Source of the DNA: an archaeon
GTDB lineage: Archaea; Methanobacteriota_B; Thermococci; Methanofastidiosales; NM3
Length of the DNA stretch: 64,000 bases
NCBI GenBank assembly: GCA_004212155.1
Contig: RXIG01000001.1
Coordinates: 32,001 to 96,000 of the forward strand
Direction of reading: 5' to 3'
Shown here: piece after piece, positions 38,488 through 47,407 of the stretch
Numbering within the stretch: position 1 is the stretch's first letter
Layout: every line of letters starts with the position of its first letter
The notes under the pieces: generated by a model
The model's database searches: none
The model's input: the letters and a program-made list of their open reading frames with translations, nothing else
Told to the model about the DNA's origin: nothing
Position numbers and translations under genes: made by a program

Positions 38488-39277
38488 CAAGTCGGGCACC
38501 GTCGTCGACACGCTCCGCGTGGCCTGCGATGTCGCCACACACGAGATGATGGTCAATGTCTCATCGACAGCGCTCGTGGACAGGATGGTACACGGCGCGC
38601 TGCTCATCCTCGAGAACAGCGAGGGCGAGCGCCTCCTCGCCTCGGACGATGAGATGAATTTTTTGGAGTTCTGCAAGAGGCACGCCCTCTGGCTCCGGTG
38701 TGTCTACACGAACAATCCTGCGCCCTTTTCACTCTCTGACGCGCTCTCGCACTGCGACACGATCACGTTGAAGTGCTTCAGGCGCACGCTCAAAACGATC
38801 GAGGACGAGATAGGGGGCGTCTACACGAACAACGGCGTCATCTACGATGTAGCTCACAAGGCGCCGCGCTATGTGCTCAGCACCGGCGGCAGGCTCTTCC
38901 CCGGCGTCACCGACCTTTTTTCCTATCTTTCAAAGAGCGGATGGGACATATTCTTTGCCACAGGCGACTCGTACGAGGGCATGCGCGAGTTCACGCACCG
39001 TCTCGGCGTTCCCTCAGAGAACGTCTTTTGCTTCCAGACCGAGGAGAAGAAGGCGCATGCTGTGCGAACGCTCAAGCAGCATTACGACCGCGTGGTCATG
39101 GTAGGCAACGATTCCAACGATCGTGCGGCGTTCAGGGAGGCGGATGCTTCCGTGCTGGTGCTTCAGGACGGCCATGAAAAGCACCCAGAGATATATCTGG
39201 AAGCGACGCACATCATCGAGAACGTAATTGATTTAAAGGACATACTCGATGTAGGGGAATGGAAAAGCGTGCGATAG
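38468..39277 (+). CDS. HAD-superfamily hydrolase, soluble P-type-ATPase-like (methanogen-type)
   Basis: [29 protein letters not shown]. Confidence 0.8.
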   Translation: MNAIVFDKSGTVVDTLRVACDVATHEMMVNVSSTALVDRMVHGALLILENSEGERLLASDDEMNFLEFCKRHALWLRCVYTNNPAPFSLSDALSHCDTITLKCFRRTLKTIEDEIGGVYTNNGVIYDVAHKAPRYVLSTGGRLFPGVTDLFSYLSKSGWDIFFATGDSYEGMREFTHRLGVPSENVFCFQTEEKKAHAVRTLKQHYDRVVMVGNDSNDRAAFREADASVLVLQDGHEKHPEIYLEATHIIENVIDLKDILDVGEWKSVR

Positions 39278-40119
39278 CGCTCCTGGTGTTCGCTTCGGCC
39301 ATATACGGCCTCAACATCATCACGGTTAAGGAAGGCCTCAATGAGGGGCTCTCACCGCTCACGTTCTCGTTCCTCCGCACGTTCTTTTGCATGCTCTTTA
39401 CTCTCCCATTCTTCATACGGTCGCGTTTTGAACTTGCCAAGCTCAACCGTGCTGACGTGCGAAACGTCGCCATAGTCGGCCTTGTGGCAGAGGCCATCGT
39501 CATCGTGCTCCTATTCGTGGGGCAAAAGAACACGTCTGCTGTCAACGCCGGGTTCCTCATCCGTCTTACCTTCCTCTTCACCTTTCCCTTCGCCTACGTC
39601 ATCGTCAGGGAGCAGGTGGGACGCATCATAGGCCTCGTCGCCGTCCTGATGCTGGGGGGCGCGTTCCTGATATCCACCGGAGGGAGGCTTACCGCACCAA
39701 TGTTCGGTGACATATTCGTCGTTTTAGCAGCGTTGGGACTTGGATTCACCAATGCGTTTGCGAAATGGTCGATGAAGACGGTTCCCGCCGACATCGTCAC
39801 ATGGGGGAGATTCTTCTTTGGGGCCATTTTCCTCAGTGCGTTCCTCGTGCCTTTCATATACGGGGACTTCACCATTATCAACGCACAGCAGTGGTCGCTC
39901 ATCATACTCGCGGCCGTCTTCTACGCCAGTTTCGTCCTGACGTTCTACCGCGGCATATATATGGCCGGTCCGAACATCGCTGCACTATTCTTCACGGCAG
40001 GCGCCGTCTTCTCGGCGTTGTTTGCGGTATTGCTTCTAGGGGAAGCGATCACACTGGAACAAATAGTCGGTGCAGCACTGCTCATCGGAGGGGCCGCGCT
40101 GCTGACATTTAAGAAGTAG
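39259..40119 (+). CDS. EamA/DMT family transporter
   Basis: About 10 TM; SPLTFSFLR, TSAVNAGFL, GDIFVVLAA, LLGEAIT. Confidence 0.88.
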   Translation: MEKRAIALLVFASAIYGLNIITVKEGLNEGLSPLTFSFLRTFFCMLFTLPFFIRSRFELAKLNRADVRNVAIVGLVAEAIVIVLLFVGQKNTSAVNAGFLIRLTFLFTFPFAYVIVREQVGRIIGLVAVLMLGGAFLISTGGRLTAPMFGDIFVVLAALGLGFTNAFAKWSMKTVPADIVTWGRFFFGAIFLSAFLVPFIYGDFTIINAQQWSLIILAAVFYASFVLTFYRGIYMAGPNIAALFFTAGAVFSALFAVLLLGEAITLEQIVGAALLIGGAALLTFKK

Positions 40120-40125
40120 TGCGCG

Positions 40126-40359
40126 TCAGTTCATCTCGAGCGCGCCGTTTTCACATGCATCGATGCACAGCCCGCACTCGTCGCACAGGTCCTGGTCGAT
40201 CATGATGCCGTTTATGTCCTTTATCGCATCGGTGGGGCATGCTTCGACGCATGGTTTCGTGCTACAACATTGTGCCTGTGACTTCTCGCATTGGCACCCT
40301 GTACAGTTACATGTGCCCGTATAGGTACAACATTGTTCCTTGTTCACAACGATTGCCAT
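40126..40359 (-). CDS. Cys-rich ferredoxin (77 aa, 14 Cys)
   Basis: CDECGLCIDAC canonical 4Fe-4S motif, CVEACP, N-terminal CC..CNC.GC.C..CC; AGGTGA SD. Confidence 0.85.
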   Translation of the reverse strand: MAIVVNKEQCCTYTGTCNCTGCQCEKSQAQCCSTKPCVEACPTDAIKDINGIMIDQDLCDECGLCIDACENGALEMN

Positions 40360-40417
40360 TGTCTTCACCTGTGTGGGATGATGGTGGGCGCATATATAAA
40401 CGTTGTTGTAGGGCTTC

Positions 40418-41206
40418 CTACGTGCGTCCCCATCGCTTGAGGGCCCGAAGTGCCTCGACGGTGATGAGAGGATAGCATCCCTTGCCGTCTGCCGTCGTCC
40501 AGCAGCCTTCGCTTGTCTGCTTCGATTCGAGGAGGTCGAGCAGCTCGCCGGCAAGCACGTTTTCCATCTTCGCCTTCCAGAGACAGTCAAGCGCCCATAT
40601 GATGAGCTTGGTGTCCTTTTCGATGTGTGTGCGTACGTAGGGAAGCAGATTCTGGGCCGCCTCGCTCATACCAAGCTGCGCATACAGCGACATCATGATC
40701 CAGTTGGTGATGGAATACCCCTTGAACGTGCCGTCGTCGCGTTTGTGCTGGTGCATGAAACGAAGCGCCTTCTGGGCTGCGTACTCCTCCTTCTCGTAGA
40801 AGAGCAGGTCGTTTGCCGTCTGTGCCGTGAGCCAGAGCTTCGTGGACAGAGCATGCGGGATGTACAACTCCTCAGGATGGAGGCTTGCGATATCGTCAGG
40901 CTCATCCCATACCCCCTGCTCTTGGTGTTCGAGCAAGAATCGGACACATCGCTTGTATGAACCCGTGTAGGTGATCTCGAGCTCGTTGTACCACTCAAGC
41001 ATTGACAGCGTCGTGGCGACGGAAGAGGGATTGCCCTTCTCCATCTTGAACGCGAATCCGCCATCATCGTTTTGATGTGACGTGAAGAAATCGAGTGGGA
41101 CCCGGTCGTCCCTCCCCAGGCCCAGCATGAACTCCATCTTGTACGTGTCGAGCACGTTGCCGTTCTCCATGATGTAACTGAGCGCCTTGTCCTTGTTGTA
41201 GCTCAT
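40418..41206 (-). CDS. Prenyltransferase/squalene-oxidase repeat (alpha/alpha toroid)-like protein
   Basis: HQNDDGGF, FLLEHQEQGVW, HKRDDGTF, LESKQTSEGCW repeats. Confidence 0.7.
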   Translation of the reverse strand: MSYNKDKALSYIMENGNVLDTYKMEFMLGLGRDDRVPLDFFTSHQNDDGGFAFKMEKGNPSSVATTLSMLEWYNELEITYTGSYKRCVRFLLEHQEQGVWDEPDDIASLHPEELYIPHALSTKLWLTAQTANDLLFYEKEEYAAQKALRFMHQHKRDDGTFKGYSITNWIMMSLYAQLGMSEAAQNLLPYVRTHIEKDTKLIIWALDCLWKAKMENVLAGELLDLLESKQTSEGCWTTADGKGCYPLITVEALRALKRWGRT

Positions 41207-41325
41207 CTTCTCTCCATCCCCTGTTATTATGATATGTATGCAAGTATTATAATTTTAACGCCCCTGACGCATGTCCAATAGGTTTATATTGTGCCATTCC
41301 GCTCTCAGACAATGAGGAGAATGCT

Positions 41326-41757
41326 ATGGAGTTCACATGGGTTTCCCGATTGATACGCGTTGCAGACCTCAACCACCATGGGACGCTCTTTGCCGGAGAG
41401 ACGGCGAAATGGATGGTGGAGGCATGTTTCATCGCTGCTGCCAAGAAGAACAAACGTACCGACAACGTGGTATGTGTCAACATACAGGGTCTGCAGTTCA
41501 AGCGGCCGATAGAGAATGGGGACGTCGTCGACATCGAGTCGTTCGTTGCTCACGTGGGCACGACGAGCATCACGGTCGTGGGCCGCATACACTGTTCCCG
41601 TTATGAGGACCAGGCGATACTTGAGACAGCGGTCACGTTCGTCACGGTCGATGACAAGGGCAAGCCAACGCCACACCACATAGCAATGGAGCGGCCAGAG
41701 GATCCCGGGTTGCAGGCATACTGGGACCGGTTCGAATCGTACAAGAAGAGCCGGTAG
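41326..41757 (+). CDS. Hotdog-fold acyl-CoA thioesterase
   Basis: DLNHHGTLFAG, FKRPIENGD, VGTTSITV, TFVTVDDKGKP. Confidence 0.88.
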   Translation: MEFTWVSRLIRVADLNHHGTLFAGETAKWMVEACFIAAAKKNKRTDNVVCVNIQGLQFKRPIENGDVVDIESFVAHVGTTSITVVGRIHCSRYEDQAILETAVTFVTVDDKGKPTPHHIAMERPEDPGLQAYWDRFESYKKSR

Positions 41758-41768
41758 GATCGGGGGCA

Positions 41769-41909
41769 TGGTGGCGGGGAAGGGATTTGAACCCCTGAAC
41801 CTCTACAGGAATGGATTTCCCATCACACCCCTTGCAAGGCGATTTTTGCGTCCCGTTTCGGGCCTGGATCTTGAGTCCATCGCCTTTGACCAAACTCGGC
41901 AACCCCGCC
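41769..41909 (-). tRNA. tRNA-Leu(CAA) with 53-nt canonical intron (41817-41869), CCA encoded
   Basis: Acceptor GGCGGGG/CCCCGCC-A-CCA, anticodon arm ATGGA-CTCAAG^A-TCCAT, long variable arm, T loop TTCAAAT; bulge-helix-bulge at 37/38; mature length 88 nt. Confidence 0.95.
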
Positions 41910-42378
41910 TTTTTTCCCCTTAAGGGAGTGAGTTGTGCATTCGATTTTCTATATAAAAAGTTATCGAAAAGGAAGGCTTTGAACATTAGGCACGCATAAA
42001 ACATAAAATTCAAATGAAAAGAACACAATTGCACTCATTTCTTTCACGTGTCTGTGTATCCATTCCAATATTCCTCCATACTCTTTTAAACGTGTTTGCG
42101 CATCGCTTGCTTCAGGCAATACTGTAAAACATCCGTTTTTACCAGCGCGTGCTATCATGCATTTCAACATCATGTGCGGCAGTTCCCTTCTTTCCAAGGC
42201 ACCCCTAGCGTTGTCGTACAATGACGCATTTTTGAATCAAATTCCTATTTTTTATTATTTTAATGAAAAATAATACTTATATTACTTTTTTTCAGGTAAA
42301 ATATCTAAATTATGATACCGAAAGGCTTAATAAGATGATATGAGATGGTAGGACTACCTACATAGATGGGTGATTATT

Positions 42379-43626
42379 GTGGCCGAGGAGTTAAATCCAT
42401 TTAAAATAGCTCAAGCTCAGCTTGAGAAATCCGCTAAGGTCTTGGGCCTTGACCCCGACGTGCTGGAGATGCTTCGCGAACCCATGCGTACGCTTGAGGT
42501 CCGCATACCAGTGCGTATGGACGACGGGAGCACCAAGACATTCACGGGATTCAGGGTTCAGTATAATGATGCAAGGGGTCCGACCAAGGGCGGCATCAGG
42601 TTCCATCCGGATGAGACGATAGACACGGTCAAGGCGTTGGCCAGCTGGATGACATGGAAATGCGCTGTTGTTGGCATCCCCTACGGCGGTGGAAAGGGTG
42701 GCGTCATATGCAACCCCAAGGAACTATCCGAATCAGAGCTTGAACGGCTCTCGAGGGGCTACATCCGTGCCATCGCGCAGTTTGTCAGTCCGCTCAAGGA
42801 CGTTCCAGCGCCCGATGTCTACACAACACCGCAGGTCATGGCCTGGATGATGGACGAGTACTCCAAGATCGTCCAGTACAATGCGCCTGGGATCATCACC
42901 GGCAAACCGATACCTGTGGGGGGTTCTGTCGGCCGCGGCGCAGCCACGGCACAAGGTGCCGTCTACTGCATACGCGAGGCGGCCGGTGTACTCGATATGG
43001 ACCTCTCGAAGTGTACGGCAGTTATACAGGGATATGGCAATGCTGGTCATCACGCCGCCCGCCTTCTCAACGAGATGGGCGTCACGATCATCGCCGTATC
43101 CGACTCGAAAGGCGGCGTCTACAAGAAGGACGGCATCGATCCCGATGCGATGTTCGAGTTCAAGCAGAAGACGCGCTCGGTCCGCGACTTCGAGGGGGCT
43201 AAAAATATCACCAACGATGAGCTGCTCGAGCTCGAGTGCGACTTCCTCCTCCCCGCGGCACTCGAGAATCAGATAACGGGAGCTAACGCAGACAAGATCA
43301 AGGCAAAGGTCGTGGCGGAGGTCGCCAACGGTCCCGTGACGCCTGATGCGGATGCGATCTTCAAGAAGCGTGGCATATTCAGCATACCCGACTTCCTCTG
43401 CAACGCGGGAGGCGTGACGGTGTCGTACTTCGAATGGGTACAGAATCAGACGGGGCTCTACTGGACCGAGAAGGAGGTCGCAGACCGACTTGACAGGATC
43501 ATGACCGAATCGTTCCATGCAGTCTACGACACATCAGGGGAAAAGGACATCGACATGCGCACTGCAGCCTACGTCCTTGCGGTGGCCCGTGTCGTCGAGT
43601 CGATGCGCCTGCGCGGCTGGTGCTAG
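42379..43626 (+). CDS. gdhA: Glutamate dehydrogenase
   Basis: [53 protein letters not shown]; GTG start after GGTGA; BRE/TATA at about 42319-42334. Confidence 0.96.
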   Translation: MAEELNPFKIAQAQLEKSAKVLGLDPDVLEMLREPMRTLEVRIPVRMDDGSTKTFTGFRVQYNDARGPTKGGIRFHPDETIDTVKALASWMTWKCAVVGIPYGGGKGGVICNPKELSESELERLSRGYIRAIAQFVSPLKDVPAPDVYTTPQVMAWMMDEYSKIVQYNAPGIITGKPIPVGGSVGRGAATAQGAVYCIREAAGVLDMDLSKCTAVIQGYGNAGHHAARLLNEMGVTIIAVSDSKGGVYKKDGIDPDAMFEFKQKTRSVRDFEGAKNITNDELLELECDFLLPAALENQITGANADKIKAKVVAEVANGPVTPDADAIFKKRGIFSIPDFLCNAGGVTVSYFEWVQNQTGLYWTEKEVADRLDRIMTESFHAVYDTSGEKDIDMRTAAYVLAVARVVESMRLRGWC

Positions 43627-43627
43627 A

Positions 43628-43647
43628 TCCTCTCTTTTCTTCCTTTT
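43628..43647 (+). terminator. Pyrimidine/T-rich archaeal terminator after gdhA
   Basis: TCCTCTCTTTTCTTCCTTTT between convergent gdhA and hisS. Confidence 0.5.
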
Positions 43648-44928
43648 TTACTCTTTTAATGTTTTATAGAATTCGTCCATGGGGACCTGCTGCTGGTCTC
43701 CCGTCTCCATGTCCTTTACCGTGAACACGTGCGACTTCACGTCACGCTCGCCAACGATGATGACGCGTCGTGCGCCGATGCTGTTGGCAAGGTTCATCTG
43801 ATTCGAGAGATTCTTGCCCGAGAGGTCGTACTCCACGGTGGTTTTCGCGCGAAGCGCCCGTATGAGGCTGAACGCTTCGCGTTCAACATCGCCGATGGTG
43901 ACGACGAAGTAGTCGGGCCCGAAGGACGGCTCCGGCCACGTGCCCTCCTCCCTCATGAGCAATTCGAGCAGCGGCATTCCGATGGCGAACCCGACGGCGG
44001 GCATCGGCTGGCCCCCCAGCAGCTCGATGAGGTTGTCGTAGCGCCCTCCTCCGAACAGTGAGCGCATGCTGCGCCTCTTGTCGAAAACCTCGAACACCAT
44101 GTCGGTGTAGTATGCCAGACCGCGAACGATGGAGAGGTCGAGCGTGCAGTGCTCGTCCATACCGTAGCTTTCCAGCAACGACCCGATCTCCTCGAGCGTC
44201 GTCAGCGCATCGTCCGCGTGGGCTCCGCATGCGCCGAGCGTCTCCTTCACTTCCGGCAGCGTCTCGTGAATGGGGCCGTTGAGCGAGAGCAATCCCTCGA
44301 GTTGCTCATAGCACTCGTCGCCCACGCCGATCCCAGAGAGCATGTCCCTGAACTCGCCTTCATTGACCTTGGTGCGCTTGTCGACGATGGAGAACGCCTG
44401 CGATGCATCGATGCCGTGGGACGTAAAGAACTGTTCGATGAGCGTCCTGTCCGAGATGTGGAATCTGAAGTTGTCGAGACCGAGTGACAGCATGCAGTCG
44501 ATGCCGCAGGCGATCGTCTCGAAGTCGGCACGGCTTGAGCGGACACCGAGTATGTCGACGTTGAACTGGTAGAACTCGCGCTGTCGTCCGCGCTGAGGGC
44601 GCTCGTAGCGCCAGTGGCGCGAGAGAGAACACCACTTCACCGGCTTGACGAGCTCCTTCTGGCGCGATATCACCATCCGTGCGATGCTTGGCGTGAGCTC
44701 GGGGATGAGGCATATGTCGCGGCCCCCCTTGTCCTGGAACGCGTAGATCTCGTTTACGATCGCATCGCCTGACTTCTTCGTGATGAGCTCGAGCGGTTCG
44801 ATCGAGGGAGTGGTTACCTCCTTGAAGCCGTACGAGCGGGCCGTGGCATAGAGCGCATCATGCATATGCCGTCGTCCGATGTGGTCCTCGGGGTAGAAGT
44901 CTCGTACGCCGCGCAGTTTCTCATACAT
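43648..44928 (-). CDS. hisS: Histidyl-tRNA synthetase
   Basis: RGVRDFYP, PELTPSIAR, WRYERPQRGRQREFYQ, RGLAYYT, GGGRYD. Confidence 0.96.
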   Translation of the reverse strand: MYEKLRGVRDFYPEDHIGRRHMHDALYATARSYGFKEVTTPSIEPLELITKKSGDAIVNEIYAFQDKGGRDICLIPELTPSIARMVISRQKELVKPVKWCSLSRHWRYERPQRGRQREFYQFNVDILGVRSSRADFETIACGIDCMLSLGLDNFRFHISDRTLIEQFFTSHGIDASQAFSIVDKRTKVNEGEFRDMLSGIGVGDECYEQLEGLLSLNGPIHETLPEVKETLGACGAHADDALTTLEEIGSLLESYGMDEHCTLDLSIVRGLAYYTDMVFEVFDKRRSMRSLFGGGRYDNLIELLGGQPMPAVGFAIGMPLLELLMREEGTWPEPSFGPDYFVVTIGDVEREAFSLIRALRAKTTVEYDLSGKNLSNQMNLANSIGARRVIIVGERDVKSHVFTVKDMETGDQQQVPMDEFYKTLKE

Positions 44929-44936
44929 GGTCCCAC

Positions 44937-45488
44937 CTACTCGATCTCGCGCAACAGATTGTCCCTCGTGACGATGCCCACGTACTCGCCCCGGTCCTCG
45001 ACGAGCACGGCGTCGCGTTCTTCAAGCAGCCGTGCAACCGCGCGAAGCGATATGTGCTTGTCGACTGTCGGGAACGGATCGCCCATGTGGTCCGACACGA
45101 GCTTGTTCTGCCAGCCCTTGACGTCGTTGAGGATGAGGGAGGTGATGATCTTGTCGGTGATCGAACCGATGATGTTGCCTTTCTTTCCCACGACTGGCAA
45201 CTGGGAGAAGCCCTTCTCATGCATCTCCTGGGATGCCTCGAGGAGCTTGCTCTCCGCATGAATGTAATGGATCTCGGTGGTAAGGATGTCCTCGACCTTC
45301 TTCGAGGATGTCTGCTCCATCTCGGTAAGCGTGTCGAAAATACGCTTTGCCTTCTCGAAACTGAGATTGAGCTGGTCACGTTCGACCTTGGCGATGACGG
45401 ATTGGGAAACGCCCGCTCGCTTTGCCAGCTCCTTCTGGGTGATGCCCAACCGTTTTCGTATTGGTTTTATGTCGCTTAACTCCCTCAT
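44937..45488 (-). CDS. XRE-HTH plus CBS-pair transcriptional regulator
   Basis: RKRLGITQKELAKRAGVSQSVIAKVE; GFSQLPVV; GIVTRDNLL. Confidence 0.9.
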   Translation of the reverse strand: MRELSDIKPIRKRLGITQKELAKRAGVSQSVIAKVERDQLNLSFEKAKRIFDTLTEMEQTSSKKVEDILTTEIHYIHAESKLLEASQEMHEKGFSQLPVVGKKGNIIGSITDKIITSLILNDVKGWQNKLVSDHMGDPFPTVDKHISLRAVARLLEERDAVLVEDRGEYVGIVTRDNLLREIE

Positions 45489-45623
45489 CGGCACCTAGAA
45501 AGGAGCATGCATTTATAATTGTTTTGTTTAAGTGTGGTTTTAGGAATAAATATATTCCTTTATCGCTCCCTGATGCGGGGTAGCCTTTTATGCCCGGAAC
45601 CACGTATCCTATCTTGTGATACC

Positions 45624-45941
45624 ATGGAGATACGTGATGCCCAACGGAAGATAGAAGCATTCTGCAAGGAGCGCACGTGGGACGAGTTTCGCCCTTCGCT
45701 CGTATATGTGCACCTCATGGAGGAGATATCCGAGATCGGCGAGGAGATACTCTTCGAGGAGGGCTACAAGAAGGAGGGTGCGGGCCACGAGCGCTCGAAC
45801 CCCGACGTGTCGCGCGAGTTCGCTCAGACGTTCTCGCTTCTTTTGCAACTCGCTTCTCACTTCGATGTCGACCTTGACGACGCCCTCGCCCGCGAGCTCG
45901 ATGTGATGAGGGAACGTTTCCCCCCTGAAAGATGGCAATGA
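45624..45941 (+). CDS. MazG-like nucleotide pyrophosphohydrolase
   Basis: HLMEEISEIGE...EFAQ..LA..FDVDL. Confidence 0.75.
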   Translation: MEIRDAQRKIEAFCKERTWDEFRPSLVYVHLMEEISEIGEEILFEEGYKKEGAGHERSNPDVSREFAQTFSLLLQLASHFDVDLDDALARELDVMRERFPPERWQ

Positions 45942-45975
45942 TAAATGTTATATTCATGCGCGTGCATGTCTTCAC

Positions 45976-47406
45976 ATGGACCTGCGTACCCATGGATGGC
46001 TCATAGCACTGTGTTCGGTGCTCATCCTCGCATGCGTGCTCATGGCGGTGGCGGTCGTTTCCCATCAGCTGCCGTTCTCCTGGGACATATGGTACCATAT
46101 ACGATTGGGTGAGGCGTTCAAGGATGGGCTCGTGTGGTGGGACTGGGGTTCGTTTGGCCCACAGGGCCGGCCGCATCTCTATCCGCCAGGATTCCATATT
46201 CTCCTTGCAGCGCTTTCCATCGTTGGCCGCGTATCGGTCCAGACCATCGCACGCTACATGCCCCTCGTGGTCTTTCCCGCCACAATCGGCCTCTTCTACC
46301 TGCTCATGCGACAGTGGTTCGAACGGGACGTCTCGTTGCTCGCCGCAGCCCTTGCCGTGACGATACCGGTCTCCTACGACCGCGGCATCATATCTTCCCC
46401 CCAGGCGATCGGTACACTGTTCATGCTCGCCTCGTTCATATTCTGCGCCAGGATGCGAGGGCGCCTCGCATACGCAGCGCTCGCCGGCGCCTGCCTTGCC
46501 GTCGTCATTCTCACCCACGGACTCACGCTGATCGTGACCGTGACGATGCTGTGCCTCTACATCGCGCTCATAGCGTTCATGACACGAAGTGACAGGGAGG
46601 GGCTCAGGCGCTATGGCATCGCCGTGCTCGTACTTTCCGCCGTTGCGGTGCTCATACCATCCTACTGGCTCTACTACCTCTTCGACCACGGCGTCTATTC
46701 GACCATACCCGAGAGTGATTCCCTCCCCTTGAAGATGATCCCCAGCAAGCTAGGGGCGCTTCACCTGGGACTCGCCTTCCTTGGCATCGGGGGCGTGCTC
46801 ACGCGAAGGGACGAGGGGGGCACGTTTCTCGTCATGTGGCTCGTGGCTACGTTCTTGTTCTCCTCTGCGCTCTTCTGGGTGCTCCCATCGCGCTTCATCG
46901 AGTTCATGGCGCTGCCGGTCGCTGGTCTTGCGGCCATCGGCATCAGCGAGGTCGTACGTTCACGGCGCATCGTCACCGCCGTGGGCGTCGGTGGCATCGT
47001 GCTCGTCTCGCTTGCCGCGCCATACATCTACATGCACGCCATATCACCTGTCATCTATCCGGACGAGGACGCCGCGTTCGAGTGGCTCTCAAAGGGTTCT
47101 GCAGAGGGTGGGCAGGTCATGACAGGATGGTTCTTCGCACCTGTCGGCGCCGCGCTGTCGCCAGAAGTGCCGATCAAGGGCGCCTATTATTCGGGTTCGT
47201 ACAACTACATGGAGCGGACCAACGACACCGATGATTTCTACGGCGGTAAGCTCAGTGTGCTCTACAAGTACGGTGTCGACCACGTCTTCGTGGGGCGCAA
47301 GGAGCGCTTCGACTATCCTTCCCACGTTCTTCTCGACAGGAGCGACCTCCTCAACAAGACATATGATGGGACGCGCTCATCGTTGTATGCTGTCTGGGAG
47401 GATTGA
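45976..47406 (+). CDS. GT-C fold membrane glycosyltransferase-like protein (STT3/AglB- or PMT-like)
   Basis: WDIWYH, YPPGFH, many TM, RFIEF, AAFEWL, KYGVDHVFVG. Confidence 0.7.
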   Translation: MDLRTHGWLIALCSVLILACVLMAVAVVSHQLPFSWDIWYHIRLGEAFKDGLVWWDWGSFGPQGRPHLYPPGFHILLAALSIVGRVSVQTIARYMPLVVFPATIGLFYLLMRQWFERDVSLLAAALAVTIPVSYDRGIISSPQAIGTLFMLASFIFCARMRGRLAYAALAGACLAVVILTHGLTLIVTVTMLCLYIALIAFMTRSDREGLRRYGIAVLVLSAVAVLIPSYWLYYLFDHGVYSTIPESDSLPLKMIPSKLGALHLGLAFLGIGGVLTRRDEGGTFLVMWLVATFLFSSALFWVLPSRFIEFMALPVAGLAAIGISEVVRSRRIVTAVGVGGIVLVSLAAPYIYMHAISPVIYPDEDAAFEWLSKGSAEGGQVMTGWFFAPVGAALSPEVPIKGAYYSGSYNYMERTNDTDDFYGGKLSVLYKYGVDHVFVGRKERFDYPSHVLLDRSDLLNKTYDGTRSSLYAVWED

Positions 47407-47407
47407 G

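Noticed and set aside
41817-41869. Box C/D guide RNA inside the tRNA intron (GTGATGG resembles box C)
   Set aside because: No CTGA box D in the linear or circularised intron
41961-42221. 86-aa ORF between tRNA-Leu and gdhA
   Set aside because: TTG start without SD, runs into the AT-rich tRNA promoter region, no motifs
46135-46149. WWDWG string in the first GT-C protein, matching the AglB/STT3 motif
   Set aside because: It lies in the first loop near the N-terminus rather than in the C-terminal domain, so it is not positionally homologous and the gene is not called aglB
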